From positions 32,001 to 96,000 of the forward strand of contig DASXQR010000083.1 in assembly GCA_036507075.1 (NCBI GenBank): a stretch of 64,000 nucleotides of DNA, in the 5' to 3' direction. The position numbers and the translations under genes were made by a program. Shown here one piece after another: positions 28,273-38,307 of this stretch. The number at the start of each line of letters is the position of its first letter. Within the stretch, counting starts at the first letter, position 1. Source of the stretch: Acidobacteriota bacterium (GTDB taxonomy: Bacteria > Acidobacteriota > UBA6911 > JACQSX01). The notes below the pieces were generated by a model that saw only the letters and a list, made by a program, of their open reading frames with translations, searched no databases and was not told the DNA's origin.

Positions 28273-29312
28273 GACGGACCTCGCGCGCACCTGCTGTGTA
28301 TGAAGTGCAGGTATTGCTTGCGCCGCTGCGTCGTTTGCACGAGAAGATCAGAGACGCGGTAGTCGCGGCCTGCGAGCGGGCGGCACTTGAAGATCTGGCG
28401 CGTGTTGAGGATGACTGCTCAGAAGGCGACACCATTTATGCCGTCGATCGCATCAGTGAGGATTTACTGATTGAATTATTCGAGAGCGAGATTGCCCCGG
28501 TTGCCCCGCTTGTTCTAATCGGCGAAGGCCTGGCGGGCGGCAAGGTGGCCCTGCCTCGCGGGACGGTCGAATCGAATGCGCTTTGGCGCGTTATAGTTGA
28601 TCCGATAGACGGCACGCGGGGTTTGATGTATCAGAAACGAAGCGCCTGGGTTTTGACGGGTGTGGCGCCGAATCGCGGAAGCGAAACCAATCTGCAGGAC
28701 ATCGAGCTCGCCCTGCAGACTGAGATTCCGCTCGTCAAACAGCACCTGTGCGATGCGCTTTGGGCCATCCGCGGCAGGGGAGCCAATGCCGAGCGGTACA
28801 ACCGTCTAAGCGGTGAACGCCGGCTGCTGCGACTGCAGCCTTCACAAGCGCGCAGCATTCGCCATGGTTTTGCCGGCCTGGCGCGTTTTTTCCCCGGCGC
28901 TCGCGAAGAACTGGCGGCAATTGACGAGGAGATCGTGCGCGGCGCGCTCGGTGATGCAACGCAGGGCAAGGCGCATTGTTTTGAGGATCAATACCTGTCC
29001 AGCGCCGGACAGATTTACGAACTGATGGCAGGTCATGATCGTTTTGTGGCCGATTTGCGTCCGCTGATGGAGCCATTGCTCAGGCGGCGCGGGCAGGCGC
29101 TGGGCATCTGCTGCCACCCTTACGACCTCTGTACCGAGCTGATCGCACGCGAAACAGGCGTTATCGTCACCGATGAGAATGGCAATGCTCTGCGCGCGCC
29201 GCTCAATGCGGAAGCCGATCTCGCGTGGGCGGGTTATGCAAACAAGTACATTCGAGAAGAAATCGAACCTTTGCTCCAGCGTGCTCTTAAAAGTCGCGGC
29301 CTCACTTTGTGA
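28269..29312 (+). CDS. Inositol-monophosphatase/FIG-superfamily phosphatase-like protein
   Basis: [24 protein letters not shown] motifs; overlaps galT stop. Confidence 0.75.
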   Translation: MRRTSRAPAVYEVQVLLAPLRRLHEKIRDAVVAACERAALEDLARVEDDCSEGDTIYAVDRISEDLLIELFESEIAPVAPLVLIGEGLAGGKVALPRGTVESNALWRVIVDPIDGTRGLMYQKRSAWVLTGVAPNRGSETNLQDIELALQTEIPLVKQHLCDALWAIRGRGANAERYNRLSGERRLLRLQPSQARSIRHGFAGLARFFPGAREELAAIDEEIVRGALGDATQGKAHCFEDQYLSSAGQIYELMAGHDRFVADLRPLMEPLLRRRGQALGICCHPYDLCTELIARETGVIVTDENGNALRAPLNAEADLAWAGYANKYIREEIEPLLQRALKSRGLTL

Positions 29313-29378
29313 TCTTTGTGTTACAAGTCGGCAACTTCTCGCTTTCTTTAACAGAGTTTTGTCTGGCGCCTACAATCC

Positions 29379-29472
29379 TTCACCGCAGAGGCGCAGAGGA
29401 CGCAGAGAATGCGCAGAGTTTCGTTTGCATGTCTCTGCGTAACCTCTGCGTTCTCTGCGCCTCTGCGGTGAA
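29379..29472. repeat. Periodic inverted-repeat element
   Basis: TTCACCGCAGAGGCGCAGAGGACGCAGAG ... CTCTGCGTTCTCTGCGCCTCTGCGGTGAA. Confidence 0.85.
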
Positions 29473-29615
29473 GGAATGTGACTTCCCACATCAGCATATG
29501 ACGATCAGGCTGCCAAGCGGGAACATCCTATTTTTGGTTGCGGCTTTGCCGGGCCGCGTCTTTGTGGTGAAAATTCATAGGTAATCCAAGTACCAGCCCC
29601 CGGGTGTGCAATCGC

Positions 29616-31109
29616 ATGAAGCAACAGGCAGGAATGTATCAGATCATTCGCGGCGCCACACATAACCTGCCCGATGTCGAACAATTTATTGCGACTCTGA
29701 ACAGGCTCGAGCAGAGCCCGGTGCCTGAGGCGCACTGGCTTTTTGATCCCGACAGGGAACTCATCGTTACGCGAGCGCCGGGGCGGTTGGACGTGATGGG
29801 CGGCATCGCGGACTACTCCGGCTCGCTGGTCCTGGAGCTGCCCATTCAGGAAGCCACACTGGTGGCCCTCCAGCATGATTCCTCTCGCCGGCTCAAGATT
29901 GTCAGCTTGTCGGAAGATTCCAGCCAGGGTTTGGTCTTTGAGATGCCGCTGGCGGATTTTGAGAGCGAAGGGACGCCCATAGATTACGAAATTGCCCGCG
30001 CCTGCTTTCAGCGCGACCCGGCGCGGCACTGGGCGGCGTATGTGGCGGGTGTGTTTCTGGCGCTGATGCGCGAACGCCGCATCCATTTTCAAGACGGGGC
30101 ACGAATGCTGATTGCCTCACGCGTTCCACCGGGAAAGGGAGTAAGCTCGTCAGCCGCGCTCGAGGTCGCCGTCATGCAGGCGGTTGCCACGGCATTCGAG
30201 GTCCAGATCCAATCGCGCGAGATGGCACTGCTGTGCCAGAAGGTTGAGAATCTGGTGGCTGGTGCGCCATGCGGCGTTATGGATCAAATGACAGCCGTCT
30301 GCGGACAAACCAACCGCCTGCTCGCCCTGTTTTGTCAGCCTGCAGAACTGCGCGAAATGATCGTGCTTCCGGACAAGATCTCGTTCTGGGGCTTGGATTC
30401 CGGAATGCGCCACGCGGTCAGCGGCTCCGACTATGAGTCTGTGCGCGTTGGAACATTCATGGGCTATCGAATCATCGCTGAGCTGGCGGGTCTGAAGGCC
30501 CGGATAACAGCGCCTGGCGAATCTGTTCGCATTGACGATCCGTATTGGGGAGGCTATCTGGCGAACCTGACGCTGTCGGAGTTCGAGCAACACTACGCTA
30601 TGCACCTGCCAGAACAAATCCGCGGCTCGGATTTCCTGTCGCGCTATCATGGCACGACCGATTCGGTGACCCGGGTTGCGCCTGATCGAAGCTACGCGGT
30701 GCGGGTCCCGACTGCTCACGCCATCTACGAGCACTGGCGCGTGAGCCGCTTTGCGGCGTTGATCGGCGGCGCGGCGCATGCGCAGACCTTAGAGTCGTTG
30801 GGCGAGCTGATGTATCAGTCACATGCAAGTTACTCGGCATGCGGGCTGGGTTCGGCGCGCACGGACCGACTGGTCCAACTGGTTCGCGAAGCCGGGCCGG
30901 CTCAAGGGCTTTACGGCGCCAAGATCACTGGCGGAGGCAGCGGCGGCACGGTCGCCATCCTCGCCCGCCCCGACGCGGACGAGTTGATAGCACGCGTGGC
31001 TGAACAGTACGCCACAGAGACAGGCCACCAGCCGCAGATTTTCTCCGGCTCCTCGCCCGGCAGCGCCGCCTTCGGACATTTGAAGCTGATCCGAGACGCT
31101 TCAAAGTAG
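29616..31109 (+). CDS. GHMP sugar kinase resembling the kinase domain of plant L-arabinokinase
   Basis: RAPGRLDVMGGIADYSGSLVL, PPGKGVSSSAA, CGVMDQM, GAKITGGGSGG. Confidence 0.85.
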   Translation: MKQQAGMYQIIRGATHNLPDVEQFIATLNRLEQSPVPEAHWLFDPDRELIVTRAPGRLDVMGGIADYSGSLVLELPIQEATLVALQHDSSRRLKIVSLSEDSSQGLVFEMPLADFESEGTPIDYEIARACFQRDPARHWAAYVAGVFLALMRERRIHFQDGARMLIASRVPPGKGVSSSAALEVAVMQAVATAFEVQIQSREMALLCQKVENLVAGAPCGVMDQMTAVCGQTNRLLALFCQPAELREMIVLPDKISFWGLDSGMRHAVSGSDYESVRVGTFMGYRIIAELAGLKARITAPGESVRIDDPYWGGYLANLTLSEFEQHYAMHLPEQIRGSDFLSRYHGTTDSVTRVAPDRSYAVRVPTAHAIYEHWRVSRFAALIGGAAHAQTLESLGELMYQSHASYSACGLGSARTDRLVQLVREAGPAQGLYGAKITGGGSGGTVAILARPDADELIARVAEQYATETGHQPQIFSGSSPGSAAFGHLKLIRDASK

Positions 31110-31227
31110 CGCCTGGGCCGCAGCTCCGCTGCCCCCAACGTAGCGACGCGGCATGCCGCGTCAGAGTCAGGCCGCGACATGTCGCGGCCAGGAAAGGATG
31201 CAGCCTTGCTCATCGTGTTGGAAAAAG

Positions 31228-31372
31228 AGCCCGCCGTTTTTTTTGGCGGGCGCCAGCATGTGGCCCATGGCGAAGCGAAGCGGAGCCGTGGGATTGCGAC
31301 TCTCTCAAAATGAGATCAGTCCGCCCGCTTTTCAGTGCGGGCGGCAGGCGCCCGCCCTGAAAAGCGGGCGGG
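31228..31372. repeat. Cluster of GC-rich palindromes (REP-like)
   Basis: GCCCGCC-(G,T9)-GGCGGGC hairpin; CCGCCCGCTTTTCAG ... CTGAAAAGCGGGCGG inverted pair. Confidence 0.6.
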
Positions 31373-31435
31373 CTGCTTTGCAGCGCTTGGGACGGCATGG
31401 CGCGTCTCTACGGCTGAAAATTTACGATAGAGGCA

Positions 31436-33901
31436 ATGATGAAAATCACGAGAAAACAGCTCGCCATCGTCACATCAATAACACTCTGTTTCAGCGCGAT
31501 TAGCTCCATCGGCGAACAAAAACAGGTCCCTGAAGCGCGACCCGCCGCGCCTCGAGACGATTACCCCGTCAAGCCGGTGCCATTTACGGCCGTCCACTTC
31601 AACGACGTCTTCTGGGCGCCACGCATCGAGATCAATCGGACAGTCACGATCCCCTTCGCATTTCAGAAATGTGAGGAGACGGGACGCGTCGACAACTTCC
31701 TGCGCGCCGCCGCCGCGCTCAGGGGTGAAGTCTCCGGGGATAAGAAACTGCCGGGCTATCCTTTCGACGACACCGATTTATATAAAGTGATCGAAGGAGC
31801 TTCCTACGCGCTGAGCGTTCATCCAGATCCTAAGCTTGAGGCCTATGTCGATGGCCTGATTGAAAAGATTGCTGCCGCGCAGGAGAAAGACGGTTACCTC
31901 TACCCCGCTCGCACCATCGATCCGGAACATCCCCATCGGTGGGCGGGCGCCAAACGCTGGGAGTTGGAAAGGGTGGACAGCCATGAACTTTATAACCTCG
32001 GCCACCTTTATGAAGCCGCCGCCGCCCACTATCAAGCCACGGGGAAGAAATCGCTGCTTGAGATTGCTCTCAAGACCGCTGAGTTACTCGACAGGACCTT
32101 CGGCCCTGGCAAGGAATCCATTTGGCCCGGCCATCAAATTACCGAGATGGGTCTGGTCAAGCTCTACCGCGTCACGGGCGACGAGCGTTACCTGACCCTG
32201 GCCAGGTTCCTGCTTGATGCGCGCGGACCGGACGGCACCCGGGGCAGTGGCCGCACATACAATCAATCGCACGCGAAAGTGGTGGATCAAACCGAAGCGG
32301 TCGGGCATGCCGTTCGCGCTACTTACATGTATTCAGGCATGGCTGATGTGGCGGCGCTGACGGGCGACGCGTCTTACATTAATGCCATAGGCAAAATCTG
32401 GGAGAATGTCGCGGGCAAAAAACTTTACATTACCGGAGGTATCGGCGCTACCGGTTCGGGCGAGGCCTTCGGCATCAACTACCAGTTGCCCAACATGAGC
32501 GCCTACAACGAGACGTGTGCCGCCGTGGGCAATGACTTTTGGAATCACCGCCTATTCCTGCTTCATGCCGACGCCAGGTACATTGACGTCATGGAGCGGA
32601 CGCTTTTCAACGGCTTGATTTCGGGCGTGTCGCTCGACGGCAAAACATTTTTCTATCCCAACCCGCTGGAGTCTAAAGGTCAGCACCAACGCAGCCCCTG
32701 GTTTGGCGTCGCCTGTTGTCCCGGCAATATCACGCGCTTCCTGGCCTCGCTTCCCGGGTATGTCTACGCCCAGCGGGGTGACACGCTCTATGTCAATCTT
32801 TACGTGAGCAGCACGGCCGACATAAGCCTGGACAAGGACCGCACAGTGAAATTAATCCAGGAGACGCGCTACCCGTGGGAGGGTGCTGTCAAGATAACGG
32901 TCAACCCGGACAAGATTGAGAAATTCACGATCAACATGCGTGTGCCCGGCTGGGCGCGAAATGAAGTTGTACCCAGCGACCTGTACCGCTTCGTGGATAA
33001 GGTCGAAGAGCCGGTTGTGCTCAAGATCAACGGCAAATCCGTCGCCTTCAGACTTGAAAAGGGTTATGCCGGTTTGACTCGCCAATGGAAAAAGGGCGAC
33101 GTGATCGAGCTTGCATTGCCGATGCCGGTCCGCCGGGTCGCGGCCAACGAACAGGTAGCAGCCGACCGCGGGCGCGTGGCGCTGCAGCGCGGCCCGATTG
33201 TTTACTGCGCCGAGTGGCCTGACAATCTGGACAGCCACGTCCGCAATCTGGTGCTGCCCGACACGACGAAGCTGATGGCCGAATACAGACCGGACCTTTT
33301 GAACGGCGTTGTAGTCATCAAAGGCAGGGCGCTGGGTCTGGCTTATGATGGCCAGGGTAAAGCCATTAAGAAGGAGCAGGATTTCACGGCGATTCCCTAT
33401 TACGCCTGGGCGAACCGCGGGCAGGGAGAAATGACTGTCTGGATTCCCAACGACGAGGCAAGCGCCAGACCCTTGCCATTCCCGACGATCGCGACCACCA
33501 GCAAAGTGACCACCTCAGGTCGGAAGAACCCTCGAGCAATCAACGACGGCGAGGAACCTCGCTCATCTGGGGACCCGGATTCCTTCTTCGACTGGTGGCC
33601 CAGGAAAGGCACTACGGAATGGGTCGAGTACGTCTTTGAGAAACCGGCCATGGTTTCGCAAGTCGAGCTTTATTGGTTTGACGACACGGGCCGCGGCGAG
33701 GTTCGAGTGCCCAAGTCCTGGCGCATCCTCTACAAGGATGGCGACGAGTGGAAGCCCGTCGAGAATAACGAACCCTACGGCATCGAGAAAGACCGCTACA
33801 ACAAAACCACCTTCAAGCCTGTCACGACAAGCACCCTCCGCCTTGAGGTCACCCTGCAGCAAACCTGGTCTGCCGGAATCCAGGAGTGGAAAGTAAAGTA
33901 G
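31436..33901 (+). CDS. Glycoside hydrolase family 127 (beta-L-arabinofuranosidase-like) with C-terminal discoidin-like domain, exported
   Basis: HELYN, GHAVRA, YNETCAAV, ACCPGN, RGPIVYC, IPYYAWANRG. Confidence 0.9.
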   Translation: MMKITRKQLAIVTSITLCFSAISSIGEQKQVPEARPAAPRDDYPVKPVPFTAVHFNDVFWAPRIEINRTVTIPFAFQKCEETGRVDNFLRAAAALRGEVSGDKKLPGYPFDDTDLYKVIEGASYALSVHPDPKLEAYVDGLIEKIAAAQEKDGYLYPARTIDPEHPHRWAGAKRWELERVDSHELYNLGHLYEAAAAHYQATGKKSLLEIALKTAELLDRTFGPGKESIWPGHQITEMGLVKLYRVTGDERYLTLARFLLDARGPDGTRGSGRTYNQSHAKVVDQTEAVGHAVRATYMYSGMADVAALTGDASYINAIGKIWENVAGKKLYITGGIGATGSGEAFGINYQLPNMSAYNETCAAVGNDFWNHRLFLLHADARYIDVMERTLFNGLISGVSLDGKTFFYPNPLESKGQHQRSPWFGVACCPGNITRFLASLPGYVYAQRGDTLYVNLYVSSTADISLDKDRTVKLIQETRYPWEGAVKITVNPDKIEKFTINMRVPGWARNEVVPSDLYRFVDKVEEPVVLKINGKSVAFRLEKGYAGLTRQWKKGDVIELALPMPVRRVAANEQVAADRGRVALQRGPIVYCAEWPDNLDSHVRNLVLPDTTKLMAEYRPDLLNGVVVIKGRALGLAYDGQGKAIKKEQDFTAIPYYAWANRGQGEMTVWIPNDEASARPLPFPTIATTSKVTTSGRKNPRAINDGEEPRSSGDPDSFFDWWPRKGTTEWVEYVFEKPAMVSQVELYWFDDTGRGEVRVPKSWRILYKDGDEWKPVENNEPYGIEKDRYNKTTFKPVTTSTLRLEVTLQQTWSAGIQEWKVK

Positions 33902-33978
33902 GCCTAACGCTTCTTCGCGAGTTCCCGAATGCAGGCTACCAGTTCGTCCGGATTTTGTTTCAAATTAGCATTCCACTC

Positions 33979-35994
33979 TTAAAATCCGCGCGTCCATCGC
34001 AGCGTGAGCAGATTGGCCTGAAAATTATCTCCCCGTATGAGCTCTTCAATATAGTAAGTGCGCTGCATATCGATCGCGATGCGGCCCGCCCGCGGTAAAT
34101 CATAATAAACGGTTCCCGTCACCAGCGGCCAGGTAATGGGACCATACTTCGGGGGCTCGCCGCTGATTTCTCCCGCACCTGTGGTCCTGACGAAGTTTCC
34201 CGTCAAGTTGATGCCCAGACGCCGCATCGGGTTAGCGGCCACTCCCGCCCGCCATACACGGTTCAGCGTTTGATCCCGCCACAGCGTGGTCAAAGGGGCC
34301 GTGCCCCGCAGGAACGTAACCGACGCGGTGGCAAAAAAACTGTCATAAGCAAATCCGCCATGGACCGCGATGCGGTCGTTGAGCGCGTAGGATACGGCTG
34401 CGGCATTGGAGCGCACATTGTTCCGATAAGCCGTATCGTGCAGCTCGCGGTCACGAACTACGAGGTTATCCTCCACCGAGATTTTTTCCGAAGGCTGAAA
34501 GCGCAGCACCACGCGCGTTCCCCGGTCGACGTGCGGGCTGATGCGCGTGTAAGAACCGCTGCTCACGATGTTATGGAAATCCGCCCGCACGCTCCACAGG
34601 CTGGACGGACGGTAATAGACGCTGGCGATCGGCCAAACGCTCTTGACACGCCGCGTGCGTTGGGGATCGATCCGATTGTCCTCAAGCGCTTTCGTGTCGC
34701 GATTCAAATAGCGAATGCCCGGTCGGATCACGAGCGAGTGCAGCGGAAGAAATTCCAACGCCAGATCGACTTGATGCGTACCCTGCCGCCATTCTGTCTC
34801 CACTTCCTCCGAAGCCGAAGTAGTTGTGTCGCGCAGGCTCTGAAAATGACCCACGCTGTCGACATGAAATCGGGAATAGCGATAATCGGCGTGGAAGTTC
34901 ACCCACTCATTAAGGCTCAGCGAAAGGCCCTGGTCGATGACGTGATTTGGCTCGCTCACCTGGCCTCGTCCCGACATGGAGATGGCATAGGGCGCAAATG
35001 TCGTGCCGGAGCTGTTGGTCCGCGCCGTTCCGATAAATGATGCATCCAGGGTCGCGGGTCCTCGATAGCGATAAAAGATATAACCGCCGCGCAGCTCGGT
35101 ACGCGGGTTCAATTTCCCCGTGTAGGAGAACTCACTCAAGGGGGTCTTCAGTCGCCGAAATTCCGACCATGAAATATTGGTGGCTTGTTCGCGCGCCGTG
35201 GCCGTTTCGTCGACATTGATGCTTCGCTCCGGGGAAGTGAAATTGCGCCCGCTTGAGTTCTGTTCGAAGGTCTGGTAACCGGTACGGTAGTGAAAATTCC
35301 AATCGCGCCATGTATAGCTGGCGCCGGCTGCGAAGCGATTTGCGATTTCATCGAGCGGCACTTCGACGTAATAGGGATTGGCCCTGAGAAACGATCCCCA
35401 GAGGGTCGGAGCTCCGAAATATTCCAGCGTTCGCGTAGTGAAATTAACCCCATCGCGACTGCTGCGGTCGTACTCCAACTCAAATCGAAGATTGTCAGTT
35501 GCGTGGAGCACCAGGCTGGCAGAACCAAAGCGCCGCACGGTCGCCCAGTCATGATTGTTGGTGAGGCTATGCAGTCCCGGCGGCGCCAACACGTTGTCAT
35601 TACGATCCCAGTAAAAGTAGCTTTGGCGGAAGTTGACGCGCAGATCATAAAGGCCGTTCTTTCGCAACGTTAATTGACCGCCGGGATAGGGATCGCCGCC
35701 CAGACCGCTGAGCGTGAGCGTGAAACTGTCGGCAAAGCGCGATGACGAAGTTTCCTTACGCTGACCTGAGAAATCGACATCCAGCAGCCGGAACCCCTTT
35801 TGCAGTCCGAATAACTCCAGAAACTTCTCTCGGCGCCCCCCGACATCGACAAACCGGTATCCGACGGTGACTGACCCCTGCAGATCAAAATCACTCGCCG
35901 CGGGTTGCGCCGGTTCTTGAGCCTGCGCAGAGGCAGAGAGCAGAAGCAGCAGGGCCAGAGTGAGCGAAAAGGGAGCAACAGTTCGCAGTTTCAT
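33979..35994 (-). CDS. Outer-membrane beta-barrel, MtrB/PioB-type partner of the decaheme cytochrome
   Basis: Signal peptide, amphipathic beta-strand pattern, terminal F (RWTRGF), directly downstream of decaheme gene. Confidence 0.75.
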   Translation of the reverse strand: MKLRTVAPFSLTLALLLLLSASAQAQEPAQPAASDFDLQGSVTVGYRFVDVGGRREKFLELFGLQKGFRLLDVDFSGQRKETSSSRFADSFTLTLSGLGGDPYPGGQLTLRKNGLYDLRVNFRQSYFYWDRNDNVLAPPGLHSLTNNHDWATVRRFGSASLVLHATDNLRFELEYDRSSRDGVNFTTRTLEYFGAPTLWGSFLRANPYYVEVPLDEIANRFAAGASYTWRDWNFHYRTGYQTFEQNSSGRNFTSPERSINVDETATAREQATNISWSEFRRLKTPLSEFSYTGKLNPRTELRGGYIFYRYRGPATLDASFIGTARTNSSGTTFAPYAISMSGRGQVSEPNHVIDQGLSLSLNEWVNFHADYRYSRFHVDSVGHFQSLRDTTTSASEEVETEWRQGTHQVDLALEFLPLHSLVIRPGIRYLNRDTKALEDNRIDPQRTRRVKSVWPIASVYYRPSSLWSVRADFHNIVSSGSYTRISPHVDRGTRVVLRFQPSEKISVEDNLVVRDRELHDTAYRNNVRSNAAAVSYALNDRIAVHGGFAYDSFFATASVTFLRGTAPLTTLWRDQTLNRVWRAGVAANPMRRLGINLTGNFVRTTGAGEISGEPPKYGPITWPLVTGTVYYDLPRAGRIAIDMQRTYYIEELIRGDNFQANLLTLRWTRGF

Positions 35995-36003
35995 ACCTCC
36001 GCC

Positions 36004-37032
36004 TCATTGTAGAAAGAATGGACTGATATTGGAGCCGTGAATTGTCGCGTGGCAGCGTACACACTCGCCCCGAGTTGCAAAACCCAAGCGGCCGTGCGGC
36101 ACATTAACCGCAAACGGATCGACGTGACACTGCAGGCAGAGAAAACGTCCTTCGCGGCGCAGCAGCATATTTCGTGTCACTGTTCCATGGGGACTGTGAC
36201 AGGCGACGCAGCCTTCCACTTTAACGGCGGCATGCTCGTGGATAAACGGACCCCGCTTTTCCACGTGGCAGCTGACACAGGCCTCCCAATTCGTTTTTCT
36301 CAGTTGCGGCCGGTTCGCGCTGCCGTGAGCGTTATGGCAATCGGTGCATTTCATCAGACCCTCGGGGACTCGATGATGCGTGGGAAGCGCAAACTGTGCC
36401 TGGATAGTACGGTGACAGGTGACGCAAAGCTCCGACTGCGGCTTGCGCAGCAGGCTCTCACTGAGCCAGCGTCGTTCTTCAGGGAGTACAGGTGAACGGA
36501 AAAAGTGCGCCTGCGCTACCGGAGATTCCAAACGCTCGGAATGTTTTTTCTCTTCAATCTGCAAATGCGGGGCATGACACTGTTCGCACGACACCCCGTG
36601 CACCTTGTGTTCCGAGCGCGAGAAGAAATTCTGGTCTTTGTTCGTTGTATGGCACCGGATGCACCGTTCCGCGTTTTCTGTCGGCTTCCCATGAAAAGCA
36701 AAGATCAGCTTCTTCGCCTGCAGAATTTTTGTGTCGTCGGTGCCGGCATCCGTCATGCCATCTGCGTGCGCCTTACCCGGCCCATGGCATGACTCGCAGC
36801 CGGTTCCCGGACCCGTCGCTTTGGCGGATGCGTGGACAGTTTTTGCAAATTGCGCGGCTTCAAGCGCGTGGCAATTCGCACAGGTCTCGGCGCCTGCATA
36901 GTCCGCCGGTTTTCCCGCCAGTGGGGCTTTCCAGGCTGTTGAAGAAGGATGTGCCGTCGCCGGCTGCTTTTGAGGCAGCACCGGCCAGGTCAGCGCGCAC
37001 AGGAGAACGCCGGTGACAATGACTAGCTTCAC
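36004..37032 (-). CDS. Periplasmic decaheme cytochrome c (DmsE/MtrA/PioA/MtoA family)
   Basis: Ten CxxCH motifs, CESCHGPG, RGPFIHEH, CHATIHGSN; signal peptide. Confidence 0.92.
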   Translation of the reverse strand: MKLVIVTGVLLCALTWPVLPQKQPATAHPSSTAWKAPLAGKPADYAGAETCANCHALEAAQFAKTVHASAKATGPGTGCESCHGPGKAHADGMTDAGTDDTKILQAKKLIFAFHGKPTENAERCIRCHTTNKDQNFFSRSEHKVHGVSCEQCHAPHLQIEEKKHSERLESPVAQAHFFRSPVLPEERRWLSESLLRKPQSELCVTCHRTIQAQFALPTHHRVPEGLMKCTDCHNAHGSANRPQLRKTNWEACVSCHVEKRGPFIHEHAAVKVEGCVACHSPHGTVTRNMLLRREGRFLCLQCHVDPFAVNVPHGRLGFATRGECVRCHATIHGSNISPFFLQ

Positions 37033-37394
37033 AGCCGTCGCTCCTCGTCAAGTTCCTTGATGGTTCTGCGCAGCCAGCTTCCTAGAGCCTCTTCCAATTC
37101 CTCCTGTGTTCCCCATCGGTAAAGCGCGTGTATCGTCTGACCTGCATCGTTCAATCTGATGAAACGACAAGGGGCGCTTGCCAACCGGCGTTCGCGTGGG
37201 ACGAATCTCATTAACAGACAGTCCACGCAAGGACGGGACCGCATCGGATCGCCGAAGTTCAAACACGTGGGAGAGTCTTCAAAAGTCAGTGCCGGCTTCC
37301 AAGGCGTACGCACCGATCGGCCGTAACCTCCATCCTCAAGGAATCGGAGTTCAAACTTGAGCACGTCCAGGATATCGCGATCGTCTTTTTGCAT
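37029..37394 (-). CDS. Hypothetical protein with four Cys, first gene of the cytochrome operon
   Basis: ATG with GGAAGG upstream; stop overlaps decaheme GTG start; DSPTCLNF, PCVDC. Confidence 0.7.
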   Translation of the reverse strand: MQKDDRDILDVLKFELRFLEDGGYGRSVRTPWKPALTFEDSPTCLNFGDPMRSRPCVDCLLMRFVPRERRLASAPCRFIRLNDAGQTIHALYRWGTQEELEEALGSWLRRTIKELDEERRL

Positions 37395-37424
37395 TTGAAT
37401 CTTCCTTCCCCGGCATGCTGAGAG

Positions 37425-37439
37425 GCAATTTCTATACCA
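37425..37439 (-). promoter_or_regulatory. Sigma54 -24/-12 promoter
   Basis: TGGTATAGAAATTGC (GG-N10-GC) upstream of the hyp-decaheme-porin operon. Confidence 0.7.
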
Positions 37440-37634
37440 GGCATTTTTGTGCCATAGATCAGAATCAATCGGCGTAGTTCGCATAAATCGGCGCTAGTTC
37501 TTCGATTCGCGGGTCTTAAGATCCACAAGTGGGTCAAAAGGCGCACACAAATAGGGAGAATTTCAGGTCGCGGCCAACTCGCTTGAAAATGTCCAGGAGG
37601 CTTCGCACCCTCCGCGCCCTCGCGGTAGATTCTT

Positions 37635-38294
37635 TCACGCATGACAGGCGGCGGATTCTTCGCATGCCTGCTCAAGCAGATGGCGCGCCTCTTCATCCGT
37701 AACTACCGGAAGGTGCTCATACCATCGCTCCGCGCCGAACGAAACAGGCGGAATGACGGTAACGACTCCGTCAACGTCCGACCGAAACTCGTCCAGAGCA
37801 TCTTGGGAGATCACGGGCGCGGCCACAATCATCCGCGCCGGGGCGCGCTGGCGCAGTGCGGCGATTGCTGCGGCAATGCTCGAGCCATCCGTGAGCCCGT
37901 CATCGACCATTATCACGGTGCGGTCTGCTAGATTGAGCGGTTTTCGGTCGCCGCGGTAAAGTTTTTCACAACGCTCAATCTCCTTCAGTTCATGATTCGC
38001 CACCAAGTCAATCAAACCTTCGGATAACCTGAACATGTAAACGGTGTTGTTCAAAATCCGCGCACCTCCGGTGGCAACGGCACCGAATACAATTTCCTGA
38101 CATCCTGGAAGTCCAAGTTTGCGAACGAGGAAGAAGTCGAGCGGAAGTTCAAGCTTACGCGCCACTTCGTAACCGACAGGCACGCTTTCCGGCGTCAGCG
38201 TGATTGCGACCGCATCTGTGTAATTTATTTCCTGCTTTAGTTTGCGAGCTAGCTTCGTGCCCGCTTCGCGTCGATTGCGGAATTTTTCAGACAT
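37635..38294 (-). CDS. Phosphoribosyltransferase-like protein, divergent paralog
   Basis: FRNRREAG, VRKLGLP, VDDGLTDG. Confidence 0.85.
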   Translation of the reverse strand: MSEKFRNRREAGTKLARKLKQEINYTDAVAITLTPESVPVGYEVARKLELPLDFFLVRKLGLPGCQEIVFGAVATGGARILNNTVYMFRLSEGLIDLVANHELKEIERCEKLYRGDRKPLNLADRTVIMVDDGLTDGSSIAAAIAALRQRAPARMIVAAPVISQDALDEFRSDVDGVVTVIPPVSFGAERWYEHLPVVTDEEARHLLEQACEESAACHA

Positions 38295-38307
38295 GGAAAG
38301 CCTCCTT

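Noticed and set aside
37440..37454. Second sigma54 promoter TGGCACAAAAATGCC
   Set aside because: GG-to-GC spacing is one base short; the adjacent 37425-37439 motif has the correct spacing.
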